From positions 1,075 to 65,074 of the forward strand of contig CAIMPC010000016.1 in the NCBI GenBank assembly GCA_903843285.1: a DNA stretch of 64,000 nucleotides, written 5' to 3'. The notes under the pieces are model-generated. The model was given only the letters and a program-made list of their open reading frames with translations. It searched no databases and was not told where the DNA came from. Source of the stretch: Candidatus Omnitrophota bacterium (GTDB taxonomy: Bacteria; Omnitrophota; Gorgyraeia; 2-01-FULL-45-10). Both the position numbers and the translations under genes were made by a program. How positions within the stretch are numbered: the first letter of the stretch is position 1; every line of letters begins with the position of its first letter. Below are positions 31,950-45,090 of this stretch, piece by piece.

Positions 31950-32168
31950 TCAGTTTATGTCGACTAATTTATTTTTAGATCCCAGTCCGCTCGCTATCGA
32001 TATTCTGCTTTTAGGCACATCAAAATAATCGCTTAAGACCTTTATTAGCGCCTCATTTGCTTTACCCTCTTTAGCCGGGGCCTTGACCCGCACCAAATAT
32101 ACGCCGCCGGCTATTTTTTCGACCAGATCAGCCTTAGCATTTGGCTTAATCTTTACCGTTATGCGCAT
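31950..32168 (-). CDS. DUF167/YggU family protein
   Basis: KPNAK..APAKEGKANEALI motif. Confidence 0.88.
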   Translation of the reverse strand: MRITVKIKPNAKADLVEKIAGGVYLVRVKAPAKEGKANEALIKVLSDYFDVPKSRISIASGLGSKNKLVDIN

Positions 32169-32178
32169 CTACCCATTT

Positions 32179-32658
32179 CTATTCGTAGTCGGCTTTCAAC
32201 GCAGCCAGGTATATTAAGTGCTTCTTCTCTTCAACGATCAGCTCTAATATCTTCTCCTGATGAGATGGCGTCATGTGCCTTATGAGTTCACCAAAAAACA
32301 GTATCGCATCCCTTTCAAAGCCCATGCCATATTTGATAGCCGATAGGGGATTTCTAACATATTTAGCAAAATTGGCGGACGATATCTGTTTATATTGCAA
32401 ATCATCTACTAAGGCTTTCATGTATGCCTCGAACTCACCCTGGTACGATTCGACAACCTCAGATTCCTCTACAGAGTTGCGGATATTGGTGAACTTTTTA
32501 ACGTGCTCGTCCTCCCAATCTCTTAGTTGTGTAAAGAGATCCTGCATCTTCTTATCTTTGAACTTTTTGGCGACCATCCCATAGAAATCCCTGCGCTTCC
32601 TCTCTTTAGCAATTCCCATATCTATGATCTCTGCTACATTAAATATATTGTCTGGCAT
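32179..32658 (-). CDS. rubrerythrin/ferritin-like protein
   Basis: E..FY, EDEH, E..FF, EEKKH diiron pattern. Confidence 0.82.
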   Translation of the reverse strand: MPDNIFNVAEIIDMGIAKERKRRDFYGMVAKKFKDKKMQDLFTQLRDWEDEHVKKFTNIRNSVEESEVVESYQGEFEAYMKALVDDLQYKQISSANFAKYVRNPLSAIKYGMGFERDAILFFGELIRHMTPSHQEKILELIVEEKKHLIYLAALKADYE

Positions 32659-32688
32659 ATAATCCGCTCCTTTCGACTCTTCTTAACC

Positions 32689-32718
32689 CTAACCTGGCAT
32701 ATCTAACCAGGTTAGATA
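32689..32718. repeat. nested inverted repeats
   Basis: CTAACCTGG-N9-CCAGGTTAG overlapping the perfect palindrome TATCTAACC-A-GGTTAGATA. Confidence 0.6.
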
Positions 32719-32719
32719 G

Positions 32720-33826
32720 CTATGATACCCCAAAGCATGTTCCGAGCGATATCGCCGTTTTGATTAACGGGTGATCGACCGGCACGCTTCTGTGGCCTTT
32801 AGCGACATCCTGCAGTTTGATCGTTATGAGCTTGCTGTTATTCATCGCTACCATACTACCGTAATCCTTATTTGCCGCCATATCCACGGCCTTTGATCCG
32901 AGTTGCGTGGCAAGGATTCTGTCAAATGCCGTTGGTGTGCCGCCCCTCTGGAGGTGGCCCATTACAACCGAACGGGTTTCGAATCCGGTAAGTTTCTCTA
33001 TCTGGTCACCCAGGACAAAACCGATTCCGCCTAACCTGATGGGATCGGAGCTCTCTTTTACCATCCTTTGAATAACCACAGCGCCGCCCTTAGGTTTTGC
33101 ACCTTCAGCAACTACTACTATTGAAAATCGTTTTCCCGTCCTATGGCGTTCTTTAACTTTATCGATTATCTTTTCCATGCTATAAGGTATCTCCGGTATC
33201 AATATAATGTCACCGCCTCCGGCGATACCCGAACAAAGCGCCAGCCATCCGGCGTTATGTCCCATGACTTCGACTACCATGACTCTGTGGTGAGACTGAG
33301 CGGTGGAATGAAGACGATCAATGCCTTCGGTAGCGATCGATACTGCGGTATCAAAGCCGAACGTAAGATCTGTGCCGAGGATATCATTATCGATGGTCTT
33401 TGGCACTCCTACGACAGGGATACCGTCGTTAAACAACTTATAGGCTATCCCGAGCGTACCGTCTCCGCCGATTACTACGAGACAATCGAGCCCCATTTTT
33501 CTGATATTTTTTACGGTGACCTTCGACATGTCCTTATATTCAAAGTCCTCACCCTTCTTTATTGCATATCTGTAAGGATTGACCTTTTTAGTCGTGCCCA
33601 GGATCGTACCGCCAAGAGTCAGTATGCCGGAGACGTCTCTATTACTTAATTTTCTAAACCTGTTGTGAACGGCCCCTTCGTACCCATCCTCAATACCGAC
33701 AATCTCCATGTCGTAATCATGGATAGCCTTCTTTGCTACAGCCCTGATGACAGCGTTAATTCCGGCGCAGTCACCGCCGCCGGTCAGAATCCCTATTCTG
33801 TTTTTGCGATTTGAGTGTTTAGCCAT
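32720..33826 (-). CDS. pfkA: 6-phosphofructokinase (group III, probably ATP-dependent)
   Basis: TGGGD, GGDGT (Gly at the ATP/PPi switch position), PKTIDND, EVMG motifs. Confidence 0.9.
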   Translation of the reverse strand: MAKHSNRKNRIGILTGGGDCAGINAVIRAVAKKAIHDYDMEIVGIEDGYEGAVHNRFRKLSNRDVSGILTLGGTILGTTKKVNPYRYAIKKGEDFEYKDMSKVTVKNIRKMGLDCLVVIGGDGTLGIAYKLFNDGIPVVGVPKTIDNDILGTDLTFGFDTAVSIATEGIDRLHSTAQSHHRVMVVEVMGHNAGWLALCSGIAGGGDIILIPEIPYSMEKIIDKVKERHRTGKRFSIVVVAEGAKPKGGAVVIQRMVKESSDPIRLGGIGFVLGDQIEKLTGFETRSVVMGHLQRGGTPTAFDRILATQLGSKAVDMAANKDYGSMVAMNNSKLITIKLQDVAKGHRSVPVDHPLIKTAISLGTCFGVS

Positions 33827-33924
33827 GTGGTTTCCTTATGGTTGACGGTTAAAATTTTAGACGCTAACTGCACTCACGATTGCGATTTTACCATAAAGCT
33901 CGCGCAATTACATATAATTTTTAT

Positions 33925-33952
33925 TGGACAAAGATAGGTATTAGCTTATAAT
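33925..33952 (+). promoter_or_regulatory. promoter for probable leaderless helicase mRNA
   Basis: TGGACA-N16-TATAAT; ATG starts 7 nt after the -10 end; no SD. Confidence 0.55.
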
Positions 33953-33958
33953 AACATC

Positions 33959-35839
33959 ATGTTCGTATACGATCGGTTCCAGCAAGAGGCCATCGATTAC
34001 ATTAATGAAGGCCATTCAGTAATAGTCTCCGCCCCTACCGGCGCAGGTAAGACGGCCATCGCAGAGCATGTGATAGAAAAATGCATATCGGAACGTAAGG
34101 GTGTCATCTATACCGCTCCCATTAAAGCCTTATCTAATCAGAAGTACCGCGATTTTCAGAAGAAGTATCAGGATACGATAGGTATTCTGACCGGGGACGT
34201 CTCGATCAATGCCGATGCGCCTGTACTTATCATGACTACCGAGATATTCCGGAATAAAGTCCTCGATAAGCCCGAGGAGCTTGGGCGCTACTCCTGGATA
34301 ATTTTCGACGAAGTCCACTACATCGACAATCCTGAGCGCGGCACCGTATGGGAGGAGTCTCTCATATTTTTGCCGAGCCATATGAATGTGCTGGCCCTTT
34401 CCGCCACCATACCGAATATAGAGCAATTTGCCAAATGGATAGAGTCTATTCATAAGAAGAGCGTCAAGGTAGTTATCGAAAACCACAGGCCTGTGCCGCT
34501 TCACTTCTTTTATCAATGCCATAACCAGATATTTGACAATCTTAATAATATTCGCCGCGCCAGAAGTTATAAGGCAAATACTACCAATGCCATCATTAAA
34601 CATGTTCGGGACCAGGACGAACTGCCCTGCATATATTTTGTGTTCGGAAGAAAGCGCGCTGAGTATCTGGCGGATGAGCTTTATAATTATAATTTTCTTA
34701 CCGCGCATGAGACCGCAGAGATAACGAATATGTACGACGATCTGCTTGAGCGCTTCGACCTGAAGAACGAAAAGAGCGCTGTCAGGATGCAAGCGCTCGT
34801 AGAGCGAGGTATCGCATTTCATCATGCCGGCATGCTGCCCACTCTCAAAGAGGTCGTCGAGCGTCTATTTACGAGTCGGCTTTTGAAGGTTATTTTTACT
34901 ACGGAAACATTTGCCCTGGGCATAAATATGCCCAGCCGCTCAGTTATATTTGATGAGCTCAGGAAATTCTATGGCACTTACATTAGAAATCTCAAGACGC
35001 GCGATTTCTATCAGATGGCAGGTCGGGCCGGCAGGCGTGGAATTGACGCCGAGGGATTTGTCTATACCAGGGTCAATCTGGGGCGCACGCGAATAGATGA
35101 AGTCCGCACCGTTATTTTCGGCAAACCAGAGGACGTAAGGAGCCAGTTCAACGCTTCTTATGCTACGATCCTTAATCTGTATGAAAAATATCAGGAAGAG
35201 CTTTTTAAGATATACCCCCTATCTCTGCATTTCTACCAGACGAAGGCGCATCAACAGCGTGAAGCCACCCGGCTTATGGGCGCTAAACTGAAGCTATTAA
35301 AAGAATTTGGGTGTATCGAAGAAGGCGCTCTTACAATGAAGGGCAAGTTTGCGAAAGCTGTTTATGGTTATGAGCTTCTACTGGCTGAGTTATATGGCCA
35401 AGGCGTATTCGAGACTCTTGACGAAATCACGCTAGCTGTCATTGCCGTCTCCGTTGTGTTTGAGCCCAGAAAAAACCAGCAATTCCCATCAGGATTGTCC
35501 AAAAACACCCAGGAAATTAAGCGGATAAGCGAAGAGATATACTTTGAGACGCGCCGCAAAGAGACGAAGGCAAAGGTCTACCCTTTCAGTAAGATGCCGT
35601 ACTTCCATCTGGCTAAAGCTATGGAATGCTGGATGAACGGCATGAAGTTTCAAAAGATCCTGCAGTTTACAGACACCGACGAGGGTGAGCTTATCCGCTA
35701 CTTCCGCATGGCTGTTCAGGTCCTAAGAGAGATAAAGGACGCCCCCATATCCCCCGAGCTTAAGAATCGCATCACACAGGCCCTCCACTACATCAGTCGC
35801 GACGTCATCGACGCCGAGAAGCAGTTACGCGAAGGATAA
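33959..35839 (+). CDS. Ski2/HelY-like DEVH-box RNA helicase
   Basis: APTGAGKT, PIKALSNQK, DEVH, QMAGRAGRRG motifs; DSHCT-like C-terminus. Confidence 0.92.
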   Translation: MFVYDRFQQEAIDYINEGHSVIVSAPTGAGKTAIAEHVIEKCISERKGVIYTAPIKALSNQKYRDFQKKYQDTIGILTGDVSINADAPVLIMTTEIFRNKVLDKPEELGRYSWIIFDEVHYIDNPERGTVWEESLIFLPSHMNVLALSATIPNIEQFAKWIESIHKKSVKVVIENHRPVPLHFFYQCHNQIFDNLNNIRRARSYKANTTNAIIKHVRDQDELPCIYFVFGRKRAEYLADELYNYNFLTAHETAEITNMYDDLLERFDLKNEKSAVRMQALVERGIAFHHAGMLPTLKEVVERLFTSRLLKVIFTTETFALGINMPSRSVIFDELRKFYGTYIRNLKTRDFYQMAGRAGRRGIDAEGFVYTRVNLGRTRIDEVRTVIFGKPEDVRSQFNASYATILNLYEKYQEELFKIYPLSLHFYQTKAHQQREATRLMGAKLKLLKEFGCIEEGALTMKGKFAKAVYGYELLLAELYGQGVFETLDEITLAVIAVSVVFEPRKNQQFPSGLSKNTQEIKRISEEIYFETRRKETKAKVYPFSKMPYFHLAKAMECWMNGMKFQKILQFTDTDEGELIRYFRMAVQVLREIKDAPISPELKNRITQALHYISRDVIDAEKQLREG

Positions 35840-35863
35840 TTTTTTCGGTAGCGGGTGAAAATT

Positions 35864-37105
35864 CTAGAGCGACGGGTTGAAGTAGCCGTGCCTGACTTTC
35901 GGCAGGTCTTTTCTGAGTGAGCTGATGACGGCCTTAATTCCTATAAGGCCCTCAGGGCGGGTAAACGCATTAAGCTCTTCGAAGTATCGCAGTGGATCAT
36001 AGTTGAGGTTGCGCCATTGAACCATGTCGATACCGTATTTTGACGCAAGGGCTTTGAGGGATTTAGCTTCATCTTGCGAATCCGTAAATCCAGGCATCGT
36101 CAAATAGTTGATCGATACAAATGCTCCTTTTGACTTGGCGATCCTGATCGATCTCATTACATCTTCAAATTTGTATCCCCTTGGCCTATAATATTTTAAG
36201 TAATAGCCCTTCCTTGCGCTGTTCAGGCTTATGCGCACGCTATCGAGTCCGGCATCTATTAGTCGCTCAAGTTTATCCGGCTTTGAACCATTCGTATTCA
36301 TGTGGATCGTGCCCCGGGACGTACTCTTTCTTATTAGCGAGATAGCATTCTCGATAACCGAATATTGCAGTAGCGGCTCCCCCTCGCACCCCTGACCGAA
36401 ACTCACAATAGGTCTCTGAGTATTTTCGATATGAAATAACGCGACTTGGCTTAGCTCCTCAGGCTTCGGGATAAACTTTATCCTTGGCTGTGACACCGGG
36501 CATCTCTTTCGCGGCTGAAATGATATGCAACCACAGCAAGAAGCGTTGCATGATGGTGATGACGGAAGCGGAGCTTCAAATCTGCTTAAGAATAGGTTCT
36601 GCGCGTTGGGACAACCATGCACGAGCGCGCAAGTCGTCAGGTGCGGTATCAGCCTATTTTTGGGAAATAATTTAATGAATTTCGCCGCATTTTTTTTCAC
36701 CAGACCCATGTCTATATACTGGCAATTATGTCTTATATCTTTATCGACTTGTATAGCCGCGGTGAAGAGGCTTCCCTTGTATGAGGCAACGGCGGCATAC
36801 GAGAATAGTGGTAATTGAGCAGGGGTGCCTATCGGTAAATATGAAGCAGAGTAGGTAGCGGTATATCCCGGGGACAGGAAAGCGGCTACTGCGTATGCGC
36901 CCATCGTATGCACGAAATTGCCGCTATCCGGCTCGACCCCAACGGCAGTTCTTGACGGTAGCATAAATAATTTCGATGACTTTGGAAGCTTAATAAGATC
37001 TTTAGCGTCCAACTCATATATGTTTCTGCCCTTCATTCCGGTGGCATTAAGACCGGTATTTACCGAGATATTTCCGATTATGTCGGATATTAGTAATTTT
37101 GGCAT
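35864..37105 (-). CDS. uncharacterised radical SAM protein
   Basis: CNASCCGC, SFGQGCEGEP motifs. Confidence 0.85.
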   Translation of the reverse strand: MPKLLISDIIGNISVNTGLNATGMKGRNIYELDAKDLIKLPKSSKLFMLPSRTAVGVEPDSGNFVHTMGAYAVAAFLSPGYTATYSASYLPIGTPAQLPLFSYAAVASYKGSLFTAAIQVDKDIRHNCQYIDMGLVKKNAAKFIKLFPKNRLIPHLTTCALVHGCPNAQNLFLSRFEAPLPSSPSCNASCCGCISFQPRKRCPVSQPRIKFIPKPEELSQVALFHIENTQRPIVSFGQGCEGEPLLQYSVIENAISLIRKSTSRGTIHMNTNGSKPDKLERLIDAGLDSVRISLNSARKGYYLKYYRPRGYKFEDVMRSIRIAKSKGAFVSINYLTMPGFTDSQDEAKSLKALASKYGIDMVQWRNLNYDPLRYFEELNAFTRPEGLIGIKAVISSLRKDLPKVRHGYFNPSL

Positions 37106-37108
37106 AAG

Positions 37109-38881
37109 TTAATGGTAAAACTCTTTCATAAGGTTCATCTTATTAAGGCGCCTAAGCGCCTCAATCACATATCTCTTATTGTCCGGATTCTTGAACTGTA
37201 TCAGCGCTCGATGGAGCTTTCTATCTCTGAGGTTCTTTGCGACGTACACCTTATTCCCGGAGAATGGGTCATTTTCAGTATAATACATAGCGCCCGACAC
37301 TGTCATCGGTAGAGGTATAAAATCCTGGATCTGCTCCGGGTACACATGCATCATCTTCAGTTTTAGCGCAAGGGTTAATGAATCTCCCAGGGTTGCTCCC
37401 GGATGGCCTATAATGAAGTAGTTTACAATGAATTGTTTTTTGGATAATTGACGGTTAACCTTATCAAATTTCTCTACAAAACTTTCATAGACGTTAAATT
37501 GGGGCTTGCGCATAAGGCTAAGCACATGAGCCTGGCAATGTTCAGGGGCGACCTTAAGCTGGCCGCTCACATGATGCTCGCATAGCTCCCTCAGGTATTC
37601 GTCAGACTCTTTATCGTTCAATAGGTCATAGCGGAGTCCGCTTCCGACGAATATGTGTTTAACACGCGGTATCTTCATCGCGCATCTCCAGAGGTCCACC
37701 GTCTCTGGATATCCCAGCTTAAGGCTCTTGCATTTTTCGGGAACAAGACAGTGTCGATCTTTGCAAGTGCCCTTATCCCCCCATAGGGCGCAATGCGCTT
37801 CATAGAGATTTGCCGTTGGTCCGCCGATATCGGTTATGGTGCCGCTGAAATCTAACTGCGATGCTATCTGTTCAATCTCTTTTAGTATGGAGTGCGCGCT
37901 GCGGCTCTGTATTATTCTGCCTTGATGCGCATATAACGAGCAGAAACTGCATTCGCCCGGACATCCGCGGTGAGATACGACAGAGAACTTGATCGCCTCA
38001 AAGCCGGGTATACCGCCTTCTTTAGCGTAAGAAGGATGGGGCCTTCTGGTAAAGGGTAGCGCATAGACAGCGTCCATCTCCTTGGTCGATAGTGGCTTTG
38101 CCGGAGGAAGCTGAATCACAAAGCGTTCGGCATGGCGCTGAATAACCGCGCGTCCACGCACGGGGTCATTCTCAAAATATGACAACCTCAGCGCTTCATT
38201 GAATTTTGTCTTGACGCTCTTTGCTATCTCAAAGTCCGGTATAATTACAGCGCCGCTAAATGATTCTACGGAGTTTCTCACTATCACAGTGCCCCGGATA
38301 TCGTTAAGGCCTTTTATGCCATCTCCGGAGTTAAGCCGTTTTGCGATCTCTACTACCTGCCTCTCGCCCATCCCATAGATGAGCATATCAGCCTTAGAAT
38401 CGAGGAGTATAGATCTGCGCACCGTATCCGACCAGTAGTCGTAATGCGCCAGTCTTCTCATGCTTGCTTCTACGCCGCCAAGCACTATAGGGACTTTGCC
38501 AAATGCCTGTCTGATCCGATTAGTGTATATGAGCGTGGCACGATCGGGACGTAGCCCTGGTTTGCCTCCGGGCGAGTACTCATCATCACTGCGAATCTTT
38601 TTATTGGCGGTGTAGTTTGCCACCATCGAATCAAGATTTCCGGCAGTTACTCCGAAGAATAGCCGGGGTTCGCCCAGCTTGCGAAATGCCTGCAGGTCAT
38701 CAGGATCAGGTTGTGCTATTATCCCGACTTTAAATCCTTCGGATTCCAGGACCCTTCCTATTAGCGCCGTACCATAGGACGGATGGTCGACATAGGCATC
38801 GCCCGTTATGAGTATAACGTCAAGCGATCCCCAACCTCTTTCGATCATATCTTCTTTAGTGGTGGGCAGTAGGTTATTCAT
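37109..38881 (-). CDS. YgiQ-family radical SAM protein
   Basis: GDAYVDHPS, HRGCPGECSFC, DIGGPTAN, LKVAPEH motifs. Confidence 0.92.
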   Translation of the reverse strand: MNNLLPTTKEDMIERGWGSLDVILITGDAYVDHPSYGTALIGRVLESEGFKVGIIAQPDPDDLQAFRKLGEPRLFFGVTAGNLDSMVANYTANKKIRSDDEYSPGGKPGLRPDRATLIYTNRIRQAFGKVPIVLGGVEASMRRLAHYDYWSDTVRRSILLDSKADMLIYGMGERQVVEIAKRLNSGDGIKGLNDIRGTVIVRNSVESFSGAVIIPDFEIAKSVKTKFNEALRLSYFENDPVRGRAVIQRHAERFVIQLPPAKPLSTKEMDAVYALPFTRRPHPSYAKEGGIPGFEAIKFSVVSHRGCPGECSFCSLYAHQGRIIQSRSAHSILKEIEQIASQLDFSGTITDIGGPTANLYEAHCALWGDKGTCKDRHCLVPEKCKSLKLGYPETVDLWRCAMKIPRVKHIFVGSGLRYDLLNDKESDEYLRELCEHHVSGQLKVAPEHCQAHVLSLMRKPQFNVYESFVEKFDKVNRQLSKKQFIVNYFIIGHPGATLGDSLTLALKLKMMHVYPEQIQDFIPLPMTVSGAMYYTENDPFSGNKVYVAKNLRDRKLHRALIQFKNPDNKRYVIEALRRLNKMNLMKEFYH

Positions 38882-39539
38882 TTGATATGTAGACGATATT
38901 TTTATAGACCTCGTCGAAGTCTTTAGATTTGCAATTATAGTCTACGATCTTAGATAAATCGGGGCTGGATGAATTAAATGCTATAGAATACCCGGAGTTT
39001 TTTGCCAGAGGTATGTCTCCTTCGCTGTCGCCCACACTGATAACTTCGCGCGGCTTAACTCCAAACTTTCTATATATTCCAGCGAGGACGGTATGTTTTG
39101 CGCCATGCTCCAGATTGATCTTCACACTACCCGTCAGCTTGCCGCTTCTGGATGATAAGCGATTAGAGATTGCATAGTCAAATTTCAATTCTTTTCTGAC
39201 CCGATCCGCCATAAACTGTAGTCCCGTAGAAACCGCAACTAATTTAAAACCGCTCTTCTTTAGCCTCGCGATTGACCGAACCGCGTTATGAGAATAGCGC
39301 ACGTCCTTAAATATGGAGCGTAATCTGGATATCTTCATTCCCTTCCAGTGTGCCGCATCGAGTTCGCAGAACTTTCTGTAAGAAATCTTGCCGGCGAAGA
39401 AGTCTTCCTGGTAACGGAATGCGCGGTTGGTCCAGAGCTGGAGTTTTTCATGGATATAGCGCCATGAACTTATGTGGCGGGTTATTGTGCCGTCAATATC
39501 GAATACTATTAGCTTATATTTCATAGTTAGAGATTTCAA
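38874..39539 (-). CDS. HAD-IB phosphatase (SerB-like)
   Basis: FDIDGT, VST, GDSEGD motifs; start may be ATG 39524. Confidence 0.85.
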   Translation of the reverse strand: MKSLTMKYKLIVFDIDGTITRHISSWRYIHEKLQLWTNRAFRYQEDFFAGKISYRKFCELDAAHWKGMKISRLRSIFKDVRYSHNAVRSIARLKKSGFKLVAVSTGLQFMADRVRKELKFDYAISNRLSSRSGKLTGSVKINLEHGAKHTVLAGIYRKFGVKPREVISVGDSEGDIPLAKNSGYSIAFNSSSPDLSKIVDYNCKSKDFDEVYKNIVYISNE

Positions 39540-39548
39540 AATCTCACC

Positions 39549-39986
39549 CTACAATATCTTCAGCAGATTCAAGCCGGTTTCGGGGTCGATATCTTTCGTT
39601 GCCTTCACGCCCTTTAATTCGAATACAACAGCTTCTATTACAAGGAAGACCTTCGATTTCTTGCGGACGCATCCGGTCAGGGTCTTAAGCTTTTTCCCCA
39701 TTGATGCGTGAATATGTATCTGAGGACCTTTTGAGTTGGTGTATATAGTGCCAATGCCCATAACCTCCCAGCCGTCATTAAACCCTACCCAGTTCGGCTC
39801 CGGTGGTATAACGCATTTTTTAGGGCCTGTTACCAGGTCGCCCTTCTTTAGCGCGCCTATAAAAACGAGCGTCGCGGTTTTGATCCGCTCTTTACGCGAT
39901 AGCTTATCGAGCTCATCGAGCAATACATCATCATCGGTGAATTTCACCAGGAATATTCTTCCCACATTACCTTTAGTGTACTTCAC
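39549..39986 (-). CDS. PPC/DUF296 domain protein
   Basis: IGAL, E..G.G.I, HIHA motifs. Confidence 0.85.
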   Translation of the reverse strand: MKYTKGNVGRIFLVKFTDDDVLLDELDKLSRKERIKTATLVFIGALKKGDLVTGPKKCVIPPEPNWVGFNDGWEVMGIGTIYTNSKGPQIHIHASMGKKLKTLTGCVRKKSKVFLVIEAVVFELKGVKATKDIDPETGLNLLKIL

Positions 39987-40245
39987 CGGATATATCCTTA
40001 TCTAATAGCATTATCGCTTTATTCCTAAAGACTTCAAAAAATCCGTTTGATTTTGAATCGAAGGTCTTGATATTCCCGGATGGATCATGTAGTGATATCA
40101 TCCCGGGTATAAGGCCGGATATGAACGGAGCATGGTTTGCGAGTACTCCAAAATATCCGATCTCCCCCGGTGCGACCAGGGACTGAATATCTCCTTCAAA
40201 TATCTTCCGCTGGCTTGATAATATTGTCAGGTGAAATAGAGCCAT
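39973..40245 (-). CDS. atpC: F1 epsilon subunit (short form)
   Basis: PGEIGYFGVLANHAP motif; no C-terminal helices. Confidence 0.88.
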   Translation of the reverse strand: MALFHLTILSSQRKIFEGDIQSLVAPGEIGYFGVLANHAPFISGLIPGMISLHDPSGNIKTFDSKSNGFFEVFRNKAIMLLDKDISGEVH

Positions 40246-40248
40246 AGT

Positions 40249-42514
<2,266 letters not shown>

Positions 42515-42518
<4 letters not shown>

Positions 42519-44032
42519 TTAGAGATATATCCGAATTGGGCCTTAAAAAATTCTATAGCTTTATTCAGCCTCTCTTTAAGCGCATCGTCAAGGACTCTCT
42601 TCGATTCAATTTCGCTTTCAATATCGGGATGGGCCGAATCGATATATTTGTAGAATTCCATTTCGAATTTTCTGACAGAATCTACCTTAATATCGTCCAG
42701 GAACCCGTTGGTAGCGGCATATATTATCATTACCTGTTTACCCAGGCACAGGGGCTCATATTGGCCTTGCTTCAAAATTTCCACCATGCGTTCGCCGCGA
42801 TGCAACTGTGCCTGCGTGGCTTTGTCAAGTTCAGATCCGAACTGAGTAAACGCTATAAGCTCTCTGTATTGGGCAAGGTCCAGCCTCAGCCTGCCTGCCA
42901 CCTGTTTCATAGCTTTCTCCTGGGCATTGCCACCGACCCTTGAGACCGATAATCCGACGTTGATCGCCGGGCGCGTACCGGCGTAGAACAAGTCATTCTC
43001 AAGATAAATTTGACCATCCGTTATAGAGATGACGTTCGTCGGTATATAGCTGGTTATATCTCCAGCCTGAGTCTCAACAATAGGAAGCGCTGTGATGGAG
43101 CCGCCTCCCAGCTTATCGCTGAGCTTTGCCGCTCTCTCTAGTAACCGCGAATGAAGATAAAATATATCGCCCGGATAAGCCTCCCGCCCCGGCGGCCTTC
43201 TCAATAGAAGTGAAAGCTGTCTGTAGGCCTGAGCATGCTTTGAAAGGTCATCGTAAACTATCAGTACATCTTTCCCCATATACATGAACTCTTCGGCAAT
43301 AGCTGAACCTGCGTATGGGGCTATATACTGGAGTGAGGCCGAAGCGCGTGATGAAGCGCTTACTATTATCGTATGGTCCATGGCGCCATATTGTTTTAGC
43401 GTTTCGGCTACAGAGACTATGCTCGACATTTTCTGACCGATGGCCACATAAATACAGTATATGCCTTTACCCTTTTGATTAATTATCGTATCGATTGCTA
43501 TGGCGCTTTTACCGGTTTGTCGATCCGCAATAATAAGCTCGCGTTGTCCTCTGCCTATCGGTATCATCGAGTCAATAGCTTTTATGCCGGTGTATAACGG
43601 CTGAGTTACCGGCTGTCTGTCCGTCACCCCGGGGGATCTCGTCTCCAGCGCCCTGTGCTTATTGGTTCCTATCGGTCCCTTACCGTCAATGGGAACTCCC
43701 AGAGGATTTATAACTCTTCCGAGAAGCGCCTCACCGACAGGTACCTGCGCAATATTGCCTGTGCGCTTGACGATATCACCTTCACGTATATCTTTTTCAG
43801 ACCCCAATATTACAATTCCTACGTTGTCCTCTTCCAGGTTAAATACGATACCCTTGGTCGTATCCTTAAAGGTGACTATCTCACCTACCATAACATCATC
43901 CAGGCCGTAGACTAGCGCGATTCCATCCCCCACCTGCAATACCGTCCCGACCGACTCTACCCTTAGCCGGGTCTTATACTTTTCTAATTCCCTTTTAATA
44001 ATCGATGTTACTTCATCTGGTTTTAACGGCAT
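42515..44032 (-). CDS. atpA: F1 alpha subunit
   Basis: [19 protein letters not shown] motifs. Confidence 0.98.
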
Positions 44033-44033
44033 A

Positions 44034-44582
44034 TCATTCCACCTCTAGTATGGCAAGCTTCTCTTTCACGTCCAATAGGCGCCGCTTGACGGAGCCATCT
44101 ATGATAATATTTCCGATCTGGGCGCATACTCCACCGACAAGATCCGCATCGAGCTGAATATACAGATGGATCTTTTTGTTTATGCGCGCTTCCAGTGTAT
44201 CTTTTATTCTCTGAATCGTCCCTGTCTCAAGAGGATAACTGGTCTTAAGGAGAGTGTCAACCTCTACGCCATGCGCATAATGTATTCGCGCGTATTCGGC
44301 TATATCTACAAACAGATTTATGCGCTTTTTTTTAATAAGTAGCTGCAGAAAATGTCTCGTCTCGTCTAAAAAATCGTCCTTAAATACCGTATCTGCCATT
44401 TCGATCTTCTCGGAGTTTGTTATCTCGAGGTGCTCGAAGAACTCCTTAATATCGGGATTATCGCGTATTATGCGCTTAGCTCTCTGCAGCTCATCCAAAG
44501 CCTTATCGAACCCGATAGTCTCCCTGGCGCAAGCCAGAAATGCATCGGCATATCTTTTCGATACTATCTCTTCGTTTATCAC
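44034..44582 (-). CDS. atpH: F1 delta subunit
   Basis: RYA.A, LVGG..IDGS motifs; operon position. Confidence 0.9.
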   Translation of the reverse strand: MINEEIVSKRYADAFLACARETIGFDKALDELQRAKRIIRDNPDIKEFFEHLEITNSEKIEMADTVFKDDFLDETRHFLQLLIKKKRINLFVDIAEYARIHYAHGVEVDTLLKTSYPLETGTIQRIKDTLEARINKKIHLYIQLDADLVGGVCAQIGNIIIDGSVKRRLLDVKEKLAILEVE

Positions 44583-45073
44583 TTTTTACCGATTTCCTCA
44601 ATGAAGTCCTCAACTATACGCTTGTCACTCTCTTCCGAAAGCCTCTCCTCTATAACCTTTTCGGCAGCCCGTATCGCAATATCTACTACATCGTTTTTTA
44701 ACACTTCTCTTGCCCGGGCAATTTCGTCCTTGAGGCTGAATCTGGCCTTTTCGAGAAGCTTTTCGCCGTCGGCCTCAGCTTTTGCTATAATTCCATCGGC
44801 AACTTTACGGGCCTCATCGGCGGCCTGGCGGATCTTCACCTGTCTCTCCGCCTCTATCTCGGAGAGCCTTATCTCGTAATCGTGCTTTAACTTCATGGCA
44901 GTATCTTTAGCGTCCTCGGCAACCTTCAATTCTGAAGATATTGTCTCTTTACGCTTATCGAGTATACCAAGGAATCTTTTCCACAAAAATTTTCGCATTA
45001 TCGCCAGCAGGATCAAAAAACATATGATCTGAGCAACTAGCTCATTTGTGTTAAGAAGACTAAGAAGTCCCAT
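44579..45073 (-). CDS. atpF: Fo b subunit
   Basis: N-terminal TM followed by coiled coil; operon position. Confidence 0.92.
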   Translation of the reverse strand: MGLLSLLNTNELVAQIICFLILLAIMRKFLWKRFLGILDKRKETISSELKVAEDAKDTAMKLKHDYEIRLSEIEAERQVKIRQAADEARKVADGIIAKAEADGEKLLEKARFSLKDEIARAREVLKNDVVDIAIRAAEKVIEERLSEESDKRIVEDFIEEIGKK

Positions 45074-45090
45074 TGGGTATTACAGCTCCT

